The notes beneath the pieces are model-generated. The model saw nothing but the letters and a program-made list of their open reading frames with translations, was not told where the DNA came from and ran no database searches. Shown here one piece after another: positions 1 to 9,902 of a stretch of 64,000 nucleotides of DNA (position 1 is its first letter; each line of letters begins with the position of its first letter). Source of the DNA: Acidobacteriota bacterium (GTDB lineage: Bacteria; Acidobacteriota; Thermoanaerobaculia; Gp7-AA8); the NCBI GenBank assembly GCA_019244185.1, contig JAFATB010000022.1, positions 352,001-416,000 of the forward strand. The letters run 5' to 3'. The translations under genes and the position numbers were made by a program.

Positions 1-55
1 TCGCGCAGCGGCGGGCGTGACGCGCGCTGGCATCGCGCGAGCAACGCGTTCGCGC

Positions 56-1057
56 ATGGCCACGAAGAAAACAGCCGCCACCGTCGCGCGTCAGCGAAAG
101 GTGCAACGCGAAGTCGACGCGGCGGAGAAGAAGAAGTCGTCGTCGAAGAAGAAGAAGTCCGAGAAGCCGGTGCAGGCGGGCTCGCGGAAGCATCACGAGA
201 ATCCGCTGCCGAAGCAGCATCAGGTGAAGCCGGGCATCGAAGCCGAACTCGATCCGGCGCCGCAGTTCCGCAATCCCGATTACCGCGGCAGCGGCAAGCT
301 CGAGGACAAGGTCGCGCTGATCACCGGCGGCGACTCGGGGATCGGGCGCGCGGTCGCGGTGCTGTTCGCGCGCGAGGGCGCCGACGTCGCGATCGTTTAT
401 CTCGATGTCGAGCAGCGGGACGCGGACGAAACGCGGCGCGTCATCGAAGAGGACGAAGGGCGCCGCTGTTTGCTGATCCCCGGCGACGTGAAGGACGCGG
501 AGTTCTGCCGCGAGGCGGTCGCGCGAACGGTCGACGAACTGGGCGGCCTCGACATCCTCGTCAACAACGCGGCGTTTCAGGAGCACTCGGAGTCGCTCGA
601 AGACATCACCGAGGAGCACTTCGATCTCACGTTCCGCACGAACATCTACGGCTACTTCCACATGGTCAAAGCCGCGCTCCCGCACCTCGGCGAAGGCAGC
701 GCGATCATCAACACCGGCTCCGAGACCGGGATCTTCGGGCAGCCGATCCTGCTCGACTACTCGGCGACGAAGGGCGCGATTCACGCGTTCACGAAATCGC
801 TGGCGACGAATCTCGCGCCGCGCGGCATCCGCGTGAACGCCGTCGCGCCGGGACCGGTGTGGACGCCGCTCAATCCGGCCGATCAGCCGGAGACGAACAT
901 CGCCGACTTCGGCAAGGGCACGTCGATGCATCGTCCCGCGCAACCGGAGGAGATCGCGCCGGCGTACGTCTTTCTCGCGGCGCCGGTGTGCGCGAGCTAC
1001 ATCACGGGAATCGTGCTGCCGGTGATGGGCGGTGTGATCGGCGCGACGGAGGCGTGA
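56..1057 (+). CDS. SDR family oxidoreductase (general-stress YhxC/YdaD/YghA type)
   Basis: TGGDSGIGRA NAD(P) motif, NNAA, YSATK catalytic motif, VAPGPVWTPL; ATG at 56. Confidence 0.92.
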   Translation: MATKKTAATVARQRKVQREVDAAEKKKSSSKKKKSEKPVQAGSRKHHENPLPKQHQVKPGIEAELDPAPQFRNPDYRGSGKLEDKVALITGGDSGIGRAVAVLFAREGADVAIVYLDVEQRDADETRRVIEEDEGRRCLLIPGDVKDAEFCREAVARTVDELGGLDILVNNAAFQEHSESLEDITEEHFDLTFRTNIYGYFHMVKAALPHLGEGSAIINTGSETGIFGQPILLDYSATKGAIHAFTKSLATNLAPRGIRVNAVAPGPVWTPLNPADQPETNIADFGKGTSMHRPAQPEEIAPAYVFLAAPVCASYITGIVLPVMGGVIGATEA

Positions 1058-1209
1058 GCGGCGTCGCGCAGGTTCCGTTCGGAATTCGGACGGATGCGCG
1101 AAATGCAAACGCGGCGGTGTTTCGCGGATGTGCAGGCAACGCGTGATGGCTGAGGCAGTTACGGCGATCCGGCCGTACGGCATGCCGTTCGCGATCTGGA
1201 CGCGGCATC

Positions 1210-2052
1210 ATGAACCTCGACAGCCGCAACTTCACGCTCATCCACGCCGACGAAGACTCGTCCTGGATCCCCGCAAGCTCTGAATCGTCCGCGTCCTCGA
1301 CTATCGTCGTCGCGAACTGGAACGCGTTCACCGAGGCGATGCTGGTGGGAGCGCAGACGGACCATCGCGTCATCGAGCGGGCGATCATCGACCGCACGAT
1401 CGACTGCGCGACGTTCCTCGAGTTTCTCGCCGCGCTGCCGGTCGGCTTCGGCGGCGACGTGCTGTACATCGAGAACGACGCGCGCGCGTACCTCAGCGCG
1501 GGTCTGCCGCGCGAAGGGCGGACGATGTACGTACTGACCGCCGACGACGTGCAGTTCTATCGCGAGGTGCACCGTCTCGATTTCGGACGGCGTCCCGAAG
1601 CGGTGGTCGCGCCGATGCCGCAGGTCGTGCCGCTCGCGCCGCCGAGCCGCGCCGTCGACTGCGCGTCGCGCATCGTGCTGATCGGCGACGACGACCGCCG
1701 CGCGCGGGCCGTGCTCGCGGAGCTGGCGATCGAGGAAGGCTGCGAGGTCGTGTACGCGTGCGACGGAACGGAGGCGATCCGCCTCGCCGCGCAGCTGCGC
1801 CCGGCGCTCGTGTTTCTCGACGGCCTGATGCCGGCGATGCACGGCTTCGAGGTGGCGCGCTTCATCCGCAACTTCGATCCCGCGTACAGCCCGACCATCG
1901 CCGTCGTGAGCGGCGTCTACAAGTCGCTGCGCTACCGCAACGAGGCGCTGCTCAAGTACGGCGTGGACATGTACTTCACGAAGCCGATCGATCCGGAAAT
2001 GATCCGCACGACGATCCGCGACGTGTTCGGGAGCGTGGCGCTGGCGTCGTAG
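1210..2052 (+). CDS. Response regulator: unknown N-terminal domain + C-terminal receiver domain
   Basis: GDDD acidic pocket, FLDGLMPAMHG phosphoacceptor, FTKP. Confidence 0.8.
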   Translation: MNLDSRNFTLIHADEDSSWIPASSESSASSTIVVANWNAFTEAMLVGAQTDHRVIERAIIDRTIDCATFLEFLAALPVGFGGDVLYIENDARAYLSAGLPREGRTMYVLTADDVQFYREVHRLDFGRRPEAVVAPMPQVVPLAPPSRAVDCASRIVLIGDDDRRARAVLAELAIEEGCEVVYACDGTEAIRLAAQLRPALVFLDGLMPAMHGFEVARFIRNFDPAYSPTIAVVSGVYKSLRYRNEALLKYGVDMYFTKPIDPEMIRTTIRDVFGSVALAS

Positions 2053-2108
2053 GCGGCACAGGGCGCTTCCTCGCGCGCGAGTACACTTGCGCGCGTGGAG
2101 GCGTCGAG

Positions 2109-2534
2109 ATGGCGGCACCGGTAGTCGTCCGTTCGCGCGGGACGTTTCGGAACGAGGTCGAGGCAGGCGCGCATCGGTTCGTGCTCGACGAGCCGGCCGG
2201 CGCGGGCGGGACGGACGAGGGACCGACGCCGTACGACATGCTGGCGTCGGCCCTCGGCGGGTGCACGTCGATGACGCTGGTCTTCTACGCGCGGCGCGAG
2301 AAGATGCCGCTCGAGGGCGTCGACGTCACGGTGACGCACGACCGACAATCCGCGAAGGACTGTATCGACTGCGCGACGCAGAACGGCTTCATTCATCGCT
2401 TCCACGTCGCGATCCGGCTGCATGGGCCGCTGACGGACGAGCAGCGCGAGCATCTCCTCGCCGTCGCGGCGCGTTGCCCGGTGCGGAAGACGCTCTCGTC
2501 CGAGATCCGCATCGACGAGGTGCTGGAGACGTGA
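2109..2534 (+). CDS. OsmC/Ohr family protein (YhfA-like)
   Basis: DEPAGAGGTDEGPTPYD, LGGCT, RCPV; GGAGG RBS upstream. Confidence 0.9.
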   Translation: MAAPVVVRSRGTFRNEVEAGAHRFVLDEPAGAGGTDEGPTPYDMLASALGGCTSMTLVFYARREKMPLEGVDVTVTHDRQSAKDCIDCATQNGFIHRFHVAIRLHGPLTDEQREHLLAVAARCPVRKTLSSEIRIDEVLET

Positions 2535-3145
2535 GGCTCGAGCCCGCGGATGCGGCCGCGATCACCGAGGCGGTGCGGACGCTGGAAGGGGGATCGTGTG
2601 CGGAGGTCGTGGTGGAAGTGCGCGGGCGTTCGGGCGCGTACGCGCAGGCCAGCGCGCGTTTCGCGGCGCTCGCGGCGTTCGTCGCGCTGCTCGTGCTGCT
2701 CTTCTCGCCGTGGTCGTTCCGCGCGGGGTGGGTGGCGGTGGACGTGGCGGCGGTATACGCGCTCGCGTTCTACGCCGCGCGGCGCAGCGACTCGGTGCGG
2801 CAGCTGATGACGACCGCGCGCGAGCGGACGGATGCGGTGCGTCATTTTGCGGCCGCGGCGTTTTACGAGCGCGGCGTCGCGAACACGGACGCCGAGACCG
2901 GCGTGCTGTTGTATCTCTCGCTCCTGGAGCGGCGGATGGAACTGCTCGCCGACCGCGGCGTGCTCGCGGCGGTGCCGTCGCGCGAATGGAACCAGATCGT
3001 CGCGGACGTGCGCACGCGCGACGCGACTCCCGCCACGCTTCTCGACGCCCTAGCATCCCTCGGCCCCTTGCTCGCGCAGCGCATGCCGGCGCGCGCCGGA
3101 GACCGCGACGAGTTGTGCAACGAGCCGCGGTTCCTCGCCGAATGA
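2531..3145 (+). CDS. TPM-domain-like (DUF477-related) membrane protein
   Basis: E-x2-S-x-AEVVV, two TM segments, TGVLLYLSLLER..LADRG, DELCN; GTG overlaps upstream stop. Confidence 0.75.
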   Translation: MRLEPADAAAITEAVRTLEGGSCAEVVVEVRGRSGAYAQASARFAALAAFVALLVLLFSPWSFRAGWVAVDVAAVYALAFYAARRSDSVRQLMTTARERTDAVRHFAAAAFYERGVANTDAETGVLLYLSLLERRMELLADRGVLAAVPSREWNQIVADVRTRDATPATLLDALASLGPLLAQRMPARAGDRDELCNEPRFLAE

Positions 3146-4614
3146 TGCAGCGCCGCAAGGTTTCGTTCATCCGCGCGCTCGCGTTGTTCGCGCTGCTGCT
3201 GGTTTTCGCGGCGCCGCTCTTCGCCCGCGTCGGTGGCGGCAGCTCGTACTCCGGCGGTGGCTCGGACTCGGGCGGCGGCGGGGGAGGGGGCGGCGGCGAG
3301 ATCGCGTATCTCGTGATTCGCCTTCTGTTCTGGCTGACGATCCACCATCCCGTCATCGGCGTGCCGGTCGACATCGTGGTCATCGTGATCGTCATCCGCT
3401 GGGGGAAGAGCAAGTCGGGCAATCCGGTGCTGCGCGTCTCGACGGCGGCGATTCCGGTCGCGTCCGCGCCGCGGTCGCTCGATCTCGTGCGCCGCTTCGA
3501 TCCGAACTTCTCCGAGATCACGTTTCGCGACTTCTGCTACTCGCTGTACGGACGCGCGCATGTCGCGCGCGGCGCGGGAGACCTCGACCGCTACGCGCCG
3601 TATCTCAGCACGGCCGCACGGCAGGCATTGCGGATGCGCAATCCGGCCGGACTGCAGGAAGTGCGCGGCGTGATCGTCGGGGCGATGCAGATCGACTCGG
3701 TGACCGGCGGCGACACGACCAGCATCGTGCTCGCGTTCGAGAGCAACTACACCGAGGTCGCAGGCGGCGCGGAGTCGAGCTGGTACGTGCGCGAGGAGTG
3801 GACGCTGCAGCGGCTGCGCAACGTCGTCTCGCCGCCGCCGGAGCAGTCGAAGGCGGATCACTGCCCGCGCTGCGGCGCGCCGCTGCAGACGCGCACGGAC
3901 GGCTCATGCTCGTACTGCGGCATCAAGATCGAGAGCGGCGCCTTCCAGTGGTACGTGCAGGCCATCGCGCTGCGCTCGCCGGAAGCGCGCGGGCCACTGC
4001 TGACGTCGAACGTCCCCGAGCGCGGCACCGAGCTCCCGACGATCGTCCAGCCGCGGTTCAGCGAGCGACAAGCGGCGTTCGTCGCGCAGCATCCCGACTT
4101 CCGCTGGCCGGAGTTCGAGGCACGCGTGCGCGACATCGCCACGACATTGCAGGACGCGTGGAGCGCGCGCGACTGGGAACGCGTGCGGCCGCTCGAGACC
4201 GAGAGCCTCTTCCAGATGCACCGCTACTGGATCGATGCGTACCGGCGCCAGAAGCTGCGCAACGTCGTCGCCGATTTCACGATCACGAGCGTCGTTCCCG
4301 CGCGCATCGACAGCGACGCGTTCTACGAGGCGATCACGGTGCGGCTGTACGCGCAGGGACGCGACGCGACGTTCGACGAGAGCGGCCGCGTCGTGGCCGG
4401 CTCCGCGACCTCGACGCGCACGTGGAGCGAGTACTGGACGCTGATTCGCACGCGCGCGGCGGGGCCGGGCGGCACGATGACGTGCCCCAACTGCGGCGCG
4501 AAAGTCGACGTCGGCGCGACCGGCATCTGCGCGTACTGCGGCGGCAAGCTCAGCGTCGGCGCGTTCGACTGGATCCTCTCGCGGATCGAACAGGACGAGG
4601 AATACCGCGGCTGA
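3142..4614 (+). CDS. Membrane protein with Gly-rich leader and two Tim44-like domains, each followed by a zinc ribbon
   Basis: ARVGGGSSYSGGG; EEWTL / EYWTL; CPRCG..CSYCG and CPNCG..CAYCG; WILSRIEQ. Confidence 0.8.
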   Translation: MMQRRKVSFIRALALFALLLVFAAPLFARVGGGSSYSGGGSDSGGGGGGGGGEIAYLVIRLLFWLTIHHPVIGVPVDIVVIVIVIRWGKSKSGNPVLRVSTAAIPVASAPRSLDLVRRFDPNFSEITFRDFCYSLYGRAHVARGAGDLDRYAPYLSTAARQALRMRNPAGLQEVRGVIVGAMQIDSVTGGDTTSIVLAFESNYTEVAGGAESSWYVREEWTLQRLRNVVSPPPEQSKADHCPRCGAPLQTRTDGSCSYCGIKIESGAFQWYVQAIALRSPEARGPLLTSNVPERGTELPTIVQPRFSERQAAFVAQHPDFRWPEFEARVRDIATTLQDAWSARDWERVRPLETESLFQMHRYWIDAYRRQKLRNVVADFTITSVVPARIDSDAFYEAITVRLYAQGRDATFDESGRVVAGSATSTRTWSEYWTLIRTRAAGPGGTMTCPNCGAKVDVGATGICAYCGGKLSVGAFDWILSRIEQDEEYRG

Positions 4615-4634
4615 GGCCGCATCGCTGCGCGCGA

Positions 4635-4663
4635 TTCGTCACCGGTTTCGGCGGTTTCGTCAC
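4635..4663 (+). promoter_or_regulatory. LytTR-type direct repeat (TTCGTCAC x2, 21-bp period) upstream of S8 peptidase
   Basis: ttcgtcac at 4635-4642 and 4656-4663; same core as repeats at 60029-60116. Confidence 0.55.
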
Positions 4664-4748
4664 GCGTTGGGGATCTGTGACAGCCGCGGCGCGCGCCGGT
4701 TCTTACGATGACGGCACAGACCCAACCTGATTCGATTCGGAGGCCGAG

Positions 4749-7700
4749 ATGCGCCGTGGAGCCGTGACCGTTCTCGCGTTGCTGTTCGCCCTTCCCGCAG
4801 TCGCCCAAACCATCAGCGAGCCGCTCGACATCGCCAAAGACGACGCCGTGGCCATGCGCGCGCGCGGCCGCGTGATCGTGGAGTTCGACGGCGTCCCCGC
4901 CGCGGTGCGCATGCCGCACGCGGCGGAGACGAACCGCTCGCTCTTCTCGCGCTTTCACGAAGACCTCGCGCGGATCAACGGCGGACTCGCCGCCGCGTCG
5001 GCGGGCGCCGCGCCGCGCGCGGTGATTCGCCGCGAGTACTCGGTCGCGTTCCTCGGCGCCGCGGTCGAAGCCTCGCCCGCGACCGCGAGCGCCCTCGCCG
5101 CGCTGCCGTACGTCCGCCGCGTCTATCGCGACAACGTCGTGCGCGCGCTCGTCACCGGTCCGCAGACGCCGGTCGCGCTCGACGGCGCCGTCGTCAACGC
5201 GCGCACGCGCGTCAACGCCGCCAGCCTGCCGACGCTCGGCGACGGCGTGCGCGTGGCCATCATCGACACCGGCATCGACTACACGCATCCCGCGCTCGGC
5301 GGCCACTTCGGCCCCGGCTACAAAGTCGCGGGCGGACACGACTTCGTCAACGACGACGACGATCCGTTCGACGACAACGGCCACGGCACGCACGTGGCCG
5401 GCATCATCGCGGCCGATTCCGACACGCTCATCGGCGTCGCGCCGCACGCGACGCTCTACGCGTTCAAGGTGCTCAACAGCGGCGGCGGCGGCACGACCGA
5501 CGACATCATCGCCGGCATCGAGCGCGCCGCCGATCCGAACGGCGACGGCGATCCCTCCGATCACGTCGACGTCGCGAACATGTCCCTCGGCGGCTTCGGC
5601 AACGCGGACGATCCGCAGAGCCGCGCCGTCGACAACGCCGTGGCCGCGGGCGTCGTGATGTGCATCGCCGCCGGTAACGCCGGCGGCTTCGCGGTCGTGC
5701 TCAGCCCGGGCAACGCGCACGATGCGCTCACCGTCGCCGCGATTCAGGACGACGGCGTGATGACGACCTTCAGCTCGCGCGGCCCGAGTCCGGGGACGCT
5801 CGCGTTCAAGCCGGACGTCGCGGCGCCGGGCTTCCAGATCGTCTCGTCGTTCCCCGGCGCGCGGACCGCGTCGCTCAACGGCACGTCGATGGCGTCGCCG
5901 CACGTGGCCGGCGTCGCGGCGCTCGTCAAGGCGCTGCATCCCGACTGGGACGCGCTGCACATCAAGGCCGCGATCATCTCGTCCGCGACGCCGCTCAGCG
6001 GCGCGGCGCGCGAGCGCGGCGCGGGGCGCGTCGACGCCGACCGCGCCAGCCGCGCGACGGCGCTGCTCGACACTGCCGGTCTCTCATTCGGCCTCGACGC
6101 CGCGTCCGGCGGCAGCTTCAACGCGCATCGCTCGTTCAGCGTGAGCAATCCTTCCGCGACGCCGCTGCATCTCAGCGTCTCGAAAGGCACGACGCCGAGC
6201 GGCACCTCGATCAGCGTCACGCCCACGACCGCAACCGTCGCGCCCGGCGCGTCGCAGACGTTTGACGCCGAGCTGACCGTGCAGAACGGCAACGTCAACT
6301 TCACCGAAGCGAAGACGGTCGAAGGCGAGCTCTCGGTCAGCGGCGACGGCGCGTCGCTGAAAGTGCCGTGGCTCGTCGTACGCTCGGCGCGGCTCACGAT
6401 CACGTACGACACCTTCATGCTCCAGCCGCGCGCAACCGCGAGCGACGGGCTCGTGATGTATCTCGCGCCGTACAGCGACACGGCGGCGGAGTTCTATCCC
6501 GCGCCGAACAAGTCGTGGGAGTTCCTGTTCGGCGGATCGAATCCGAACCGCGACTACAGCGTCACCCGCTTCGTGCACCTGCCCAGCCGCGCCGTGTCGG
6601 GCGACATGACCGTCGCCTCGACGGCGGACGATGCGCCGTACGCCGTCACGCTCGGCGCGCGCGACGAGAACGGCGTGCTGTTCGGCGACCTGCCGCACCA
6701 GGGCGCGCCGAATCCGGCCGCCTATCACACGCTCATCACGAACTTCGACAACGGCTCGCCGTGGTACATCATCATGGGCTTCGCGTCGCGCTTCTATCTC
6801 TCCGCCATGCCGTACCGCGTCACGGCGTACGAGTACTACTCCGACGTCGTCAACCTGCGCTACTTCGCGGTTCTCAACGACACGATCGACGCCAGCGCGC
6901 TGAACGGGCCGGTCACGCTGAACAAGAGCCTCGCCGACTACGCGCACGCGCGCCTGCAGTGGCGGAACGGGATCGGCGCCGTCGATGCCTGCACGATGAT
7001 GATGATGAAGGCGGGCGGGCTGATGCAGCCGTGGATCACGAGCTGCACGCACCACGCGGGCGACAGCGCCGGCGCCGACTACTACGCCACGCGCGACTCC
7101 GCGTCGGCGAACCTCTCGTACGGCTTCACCGTGACCTCCGACGGCGTGGCCACGCCGCCCGTGCGCGCCATCGACGACGAGGTGGTGATGTCGAACGACG
7201 TCAACCCCGGCCCGCTCGCGTACACGTTCGTACGCGACCACGCCGTCACGCTCGGCGCCGGTCCGCTACACGCGACCGGCTTGCAGAAGGCGCTGCGCGG
7301 CGACGCCGGCGCCACGATCGGCGGCGCGCTCGGCGAAACGCGGCCGGGATTCTTCAACGGGATGCGCTGGGAGACCTACGACGAGAACGGCGCGCTCGCC
7401 GATCGCGGCATCTTCCCGAACGCCACGCCGGCGAGCATCGGGGCCAAAGGGCGCGCGCATCTGTTCCGCGACGGCTTCTCCGTCGACGGACATCCGGCGC
7501 TCTTCGAGGCCGACCTCGTGCGCTCCCCGTCCATCCTCGACGGCGTGCTGCCGAATGTCGGCTCGCTGCGCGTGCTGAATGCGGCGGGCGATCCCGTCGA
7601 GGCGCTCGCGAACGGCGAGGCCGCGGTGCTGCAGTTCAGCGCCGCCGACGGTCAGAACGCCCTCGGCGACGTCGGTCCCGTGCAGTCCGACGCGACGGCG

Positions 7701-7973
7701 GTCGCGTATCGCGTGCACGGCACGGGCGAGTGGCATGCGCTCGCCAACGTCGTGACGTCGACGGAAACCGGCAACCCCGCGACCTACGGCCACATGCCGC
7801 CGGGCGACGTGAACCGCGTCGACCTGCGCGACGCCACCGCGCACGCCGACTCGCTCATCGACCTGCGCATCACCGTCGCCGACCGCTCCGGCAACACGCT
7901 CACGCTGACGCAGTCGCCGGCGTTCGTCGTCGGAGACGTGCCGGTGCCGCCGAAACGGCGTTCCGCGCGCTGA
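4749..7973 (+). CDS. Secreted S8 (subtilisin, Vpr-like) serine peptidase with long C-terminal extension
   Basis: Signal peptide; IDTGID, HGTHVAG, AAGN, GTSMASPHVAG catalytic motifs. Confidence 0.95.
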   Translation: MRRGAVTVLALLFALPAVAQTISEPLDIAKDDAVAMRARGRVIVEFDGVPAAVRMPHAAETNRSLFSRFHEDLARINGGLAAASAGAAPRAVIRREYSVAFLGAAVEASPATASALAALPYVRRVYRDNVVRALVTGPQTPVALDGAVVNARTRVNAASLPTLGDGVRVAIIDTGIDYTHPALGGHFGPGYKVAGGHDFVNDDDDPFDDNGHGTHVAGIIAADSDTLIGVAPHATLYAFKVLNSGGGGTTDDIIAGIERAADPNGDGDPSDHVDVANMSLGGFGNADDPQSRAVDNAVAAGVVMCIAAGNAGGFAVVLSPGNAHDALTVAAIQDDGVMTTFSSRGPSPGTLAFKPDVAAPGFQIVSSFPGARTASLNGTSMASPHVAGVAALVKALHPDWDALHIKAAIISSATPLSGAARERGAGRVDADRASRATALLDTAGLSFGLDAASGGSFNAHRSFSVSNPSATPLHLSVSKGTTPSGTSISVTPTTATVAPGASQTFDAELTVQNGNVNFTEAKTVEGELSVSGDGASLKVPWLVVRSARLTITYDTFMLQPRATASDGLVMYLAPYSDTAAEFYPAPNKSWEFLFGGSNPNRDYSVTRFVHLPSRAVSGDMTVASTADDAPYAVTLGARDENGVLFGDLPHQGAPNPAAYHTLITNFDNGSPWYIIMGFASRFYLSAMPYRVTAYEYYSDVVNLRYFAVLNDTIDASALNGPVTLNKSLADYAHARLQWRNGIGAVDACTMMMMKAGGLMQPWITSCTHHAGDSAGADYYATRDSASANLSYGFTVTSDGVATPPVRAIDDEVVMSNDVNPGPLAYTFVRDHAVTLGAGPLHATGLQKALRGDAGATIGGALGETRPGFFNGMRWETYDENGALADRGIFPNATPASIGAKGRAHLFRDGFSVDGHPALFEADLVRSPSILDGVLPNVGSLRVLNAAGDPVEALANGEAAVLQFSAADGQNALGDVGPVQSDATAVAYRVHGTGEWHALANVVTSTETGNPATYGHMPPGDVNRVDLRDATAHADSLIDLRITVADRSGNTLTLTQSPAFVVGDVPVPPKRRSAR

Positions 7974-8113
7974 GGAGGAGAGAGACTACTCGTCCGGGTT
8001 TTTGGTGACCGCGACGAAGATCAGGAGCAGGACCGCGACGATTCCGAAGCCTTCCATGTAACGATAGATACGCGGCGCGAGAACTTTCGGTTTTCCGCCG
8101 CGTATTCTTTTGC

Positions 8114-8635
8114 GTGATGGACGGCCACGTTCGTTACTTCGAGCGACAGCAGTTCCGCCAGCGCTGGCTCTGGGCCGTGCTCCTCGGCACGATCCTGCCG
8201 GCGCTCGCACTGCTCGGCTACGGCGCGTGGCGGCAGCTCGTGCGGCGTCAGCCGTTCGGGAATCAGCCGATGAGCGACCGCGGCCTCGGCGTGTTCACGA
8301 TCTTCATGAGCCTCGTGCTCGCCGGCGTGCTGCTCCTGCTCTGGCGCATGCGGCTCGACATCCGCGTCACCGACGACACGCTCGTCCTCGACTTCATCCC
8401 CATGCGCCGCAAGCGCATTCCGCTGCGCGAGATCGTCGAGGCACGCGCGCGCACGTACGACCCGCTGCTCGAGTACGGCGGCTGGGGCATTCACTACGGC
8501 TTCATGAACGGCTGGGCGTACAACGTCTCCGGCCGCGAAGGCGTTCAGCTCGTGCTCGCCGACGGCCGCAAGCTGCTCGTCGGCTCGCAGCGCGCGGCCG
8601 AGCTCGAGCGCGCGCTCACTTCGCCTCGTCGATGA
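8114..8635 (+). CDS. Membrane protein with bacterial PH-like domain (DUF6141-like)
   Basis: Two TM helices then [28 protein letters not shown]. Confidence 0.75.
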   Translation: MMDGHVRYFERQQFRQRWLWAVLLGTILPALALLGYGAWRQLVRRQPFGNQPMSDRGLGVFTIFMSLVLAGVLLLLWRMRLDIRVTDDTLVLDFIPMRRKRIPLREIVEARARTYDPLLEYGGWGIHYGFMNGWAYNVSGREGVQLVLADGRKLLVGSQRAAELERALTSPRR

Positions 8636-9866
8636 GCACGTCGCTCGCCGGCCGCTCCTTCTGCAGCCGCGCCGCGACTGCTTCCGCCTGACGCAGCACG
8701 CGCAGCACGTTCAGCCCCGCGAGCTTCTTCAGCTGATCGTCGCTGTGACCGCGGCGGATCAGCTCCGCGAAGACCGCCGGATAATCGGCCACGCTCGACA
8801 ACCCTTCCGGCGTCGTGGTGATGCCGTCGAGGTCGGCGCCGATGCCGACGTGATCTTCGCCCGCGACGTCCATCACGTGCTCGATGTGATCGGCGACGTC
8901 TTTCAGCGTCGCATGCGGCCGCGGATGCGCGATGTCCCACGCCGCGAGCTCGTCCTTCACCTTCGCCGGCTGTCCCTGATCCATCTCCTTGAGCCGCGCC
9001 TCGGCGGCCGCGCGCTCGCCGTAATGCGCGCGCACGGTCTCGTTGACGAACGTCGGCACGAAGGTGCACATCACCACGCCGCCGTTCTCCTTCACGCGGC
9101 GCAGGATCTCGTCCGGCACGTTGCGCGGATGGTTCGTGAGCGCGCGCGCGGAGGAGTGCGAGAAGATCACCGGCGCGGCGGTGACGTCGAGCGCGTCGCT
9201 CATCGTCTTCGGCGAGACGTGCGAGAGATCGACGAGCATGCCCAGGCGATTCATCTCCATCACGACGTCCTTGCCGAACGGCGTCAGGCCGTCGTGCGCG
9301 GGATCGGCGGTGGCGGAGTCGGCCCAGTCGTCGTTCGACGAATGCGTCAGCGTCATGTAGCGCGCGCCGAGGGCGTAGAGCTCGCGCAGCGCGGCGAGCG
9401 AGTTGTTGATCGAGTGCCCGCCTTCGACGCCGATGAGCGACGCGACCTTGCCCGACTTGTGGATGCGCACGATGTCGTCGGCGGTGCGCGCGAGCTCGAG
9501 GACGTCGGGATACGTCGCGGCGAGGCGATGCACGACGTCGATCTGCTCGATCGTCGCCTGCAGCGCGTCCGCGCCTTTCAGCTCGACCGGGACGTACACG
9601 GACCAGAACTGTCCGCCGAGGTGGCCGGCGCGGAGGCGGGCGATGTCGGTGTGCAGCGGCTTGTCGAGATGCGACTGGTCCTGGCGGAGGTCGAGCTGCG
9701 CGAGATGGTTCTTGACGCGCTCGCGGTACTGCCACGGCAGATCGTTGTGGCCGTCGATGAGCGGGACGTCGCGGAGGATTTTCTCGACGCGCGCGTTGAT
9801 GGCGGCATCAGGCGTCTGCGCGAAGAGCGTCGTGGCGGTGAGCAGCAGTGCGGCGAGCAGCTTCAT
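8616..9866 (-). CDS. Membrane dipeptidase (peptidase M19), exported
   Basis: Signal peptide MKLLAALLL; [31 protein letters not shown]. Confidence 0.95.
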   Translation of the reverse strand: MKLLAALLLTATTLFAQTPDAAINARVEKILRDVPLIDGHNDLPWQYRERVKNHLAQLDLRQDQSHLDKPLHTDIARLRAGHLGGQFWSVYVPVELKGADALQATIEQIDVVHRLAATYPDVLELARTADDIVRIHKSGKVASLIGVEGGHSINNSLAALRELYALGARYMTLTHSSNDDWADSATADPAHDGLTPFGKDVVMEMNRLGMLVDLSHVSPKTMSDALDVTAAPVIFSHSSARALTNHPRNVPDEILRRVKENGGVVMCTFVPTFVNETVRAHYGERAAAEARLKEMDQGQPAKVKDELAAWDIAHPRPHATLKDVADHIEHVMDVAGEDHVGIGADLDGITTTPEGLSSVADYPAVFAELIRRGHSDDQLKKLAGLNVLRVLRQAEAVAARLQKERPASDVLIDEAK

Positions 9867-9902
9867 GCGCGCATTGTAGTTTCGACTACCATACGCGCGC
9901 CG

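Noticed and set aside
28-43. sigma-54-like TGGCAT-N7-GCA before the SDR gene
   Set aside because: Lacks the TT before GC; GG-N10-GC is common by chance at this GC content
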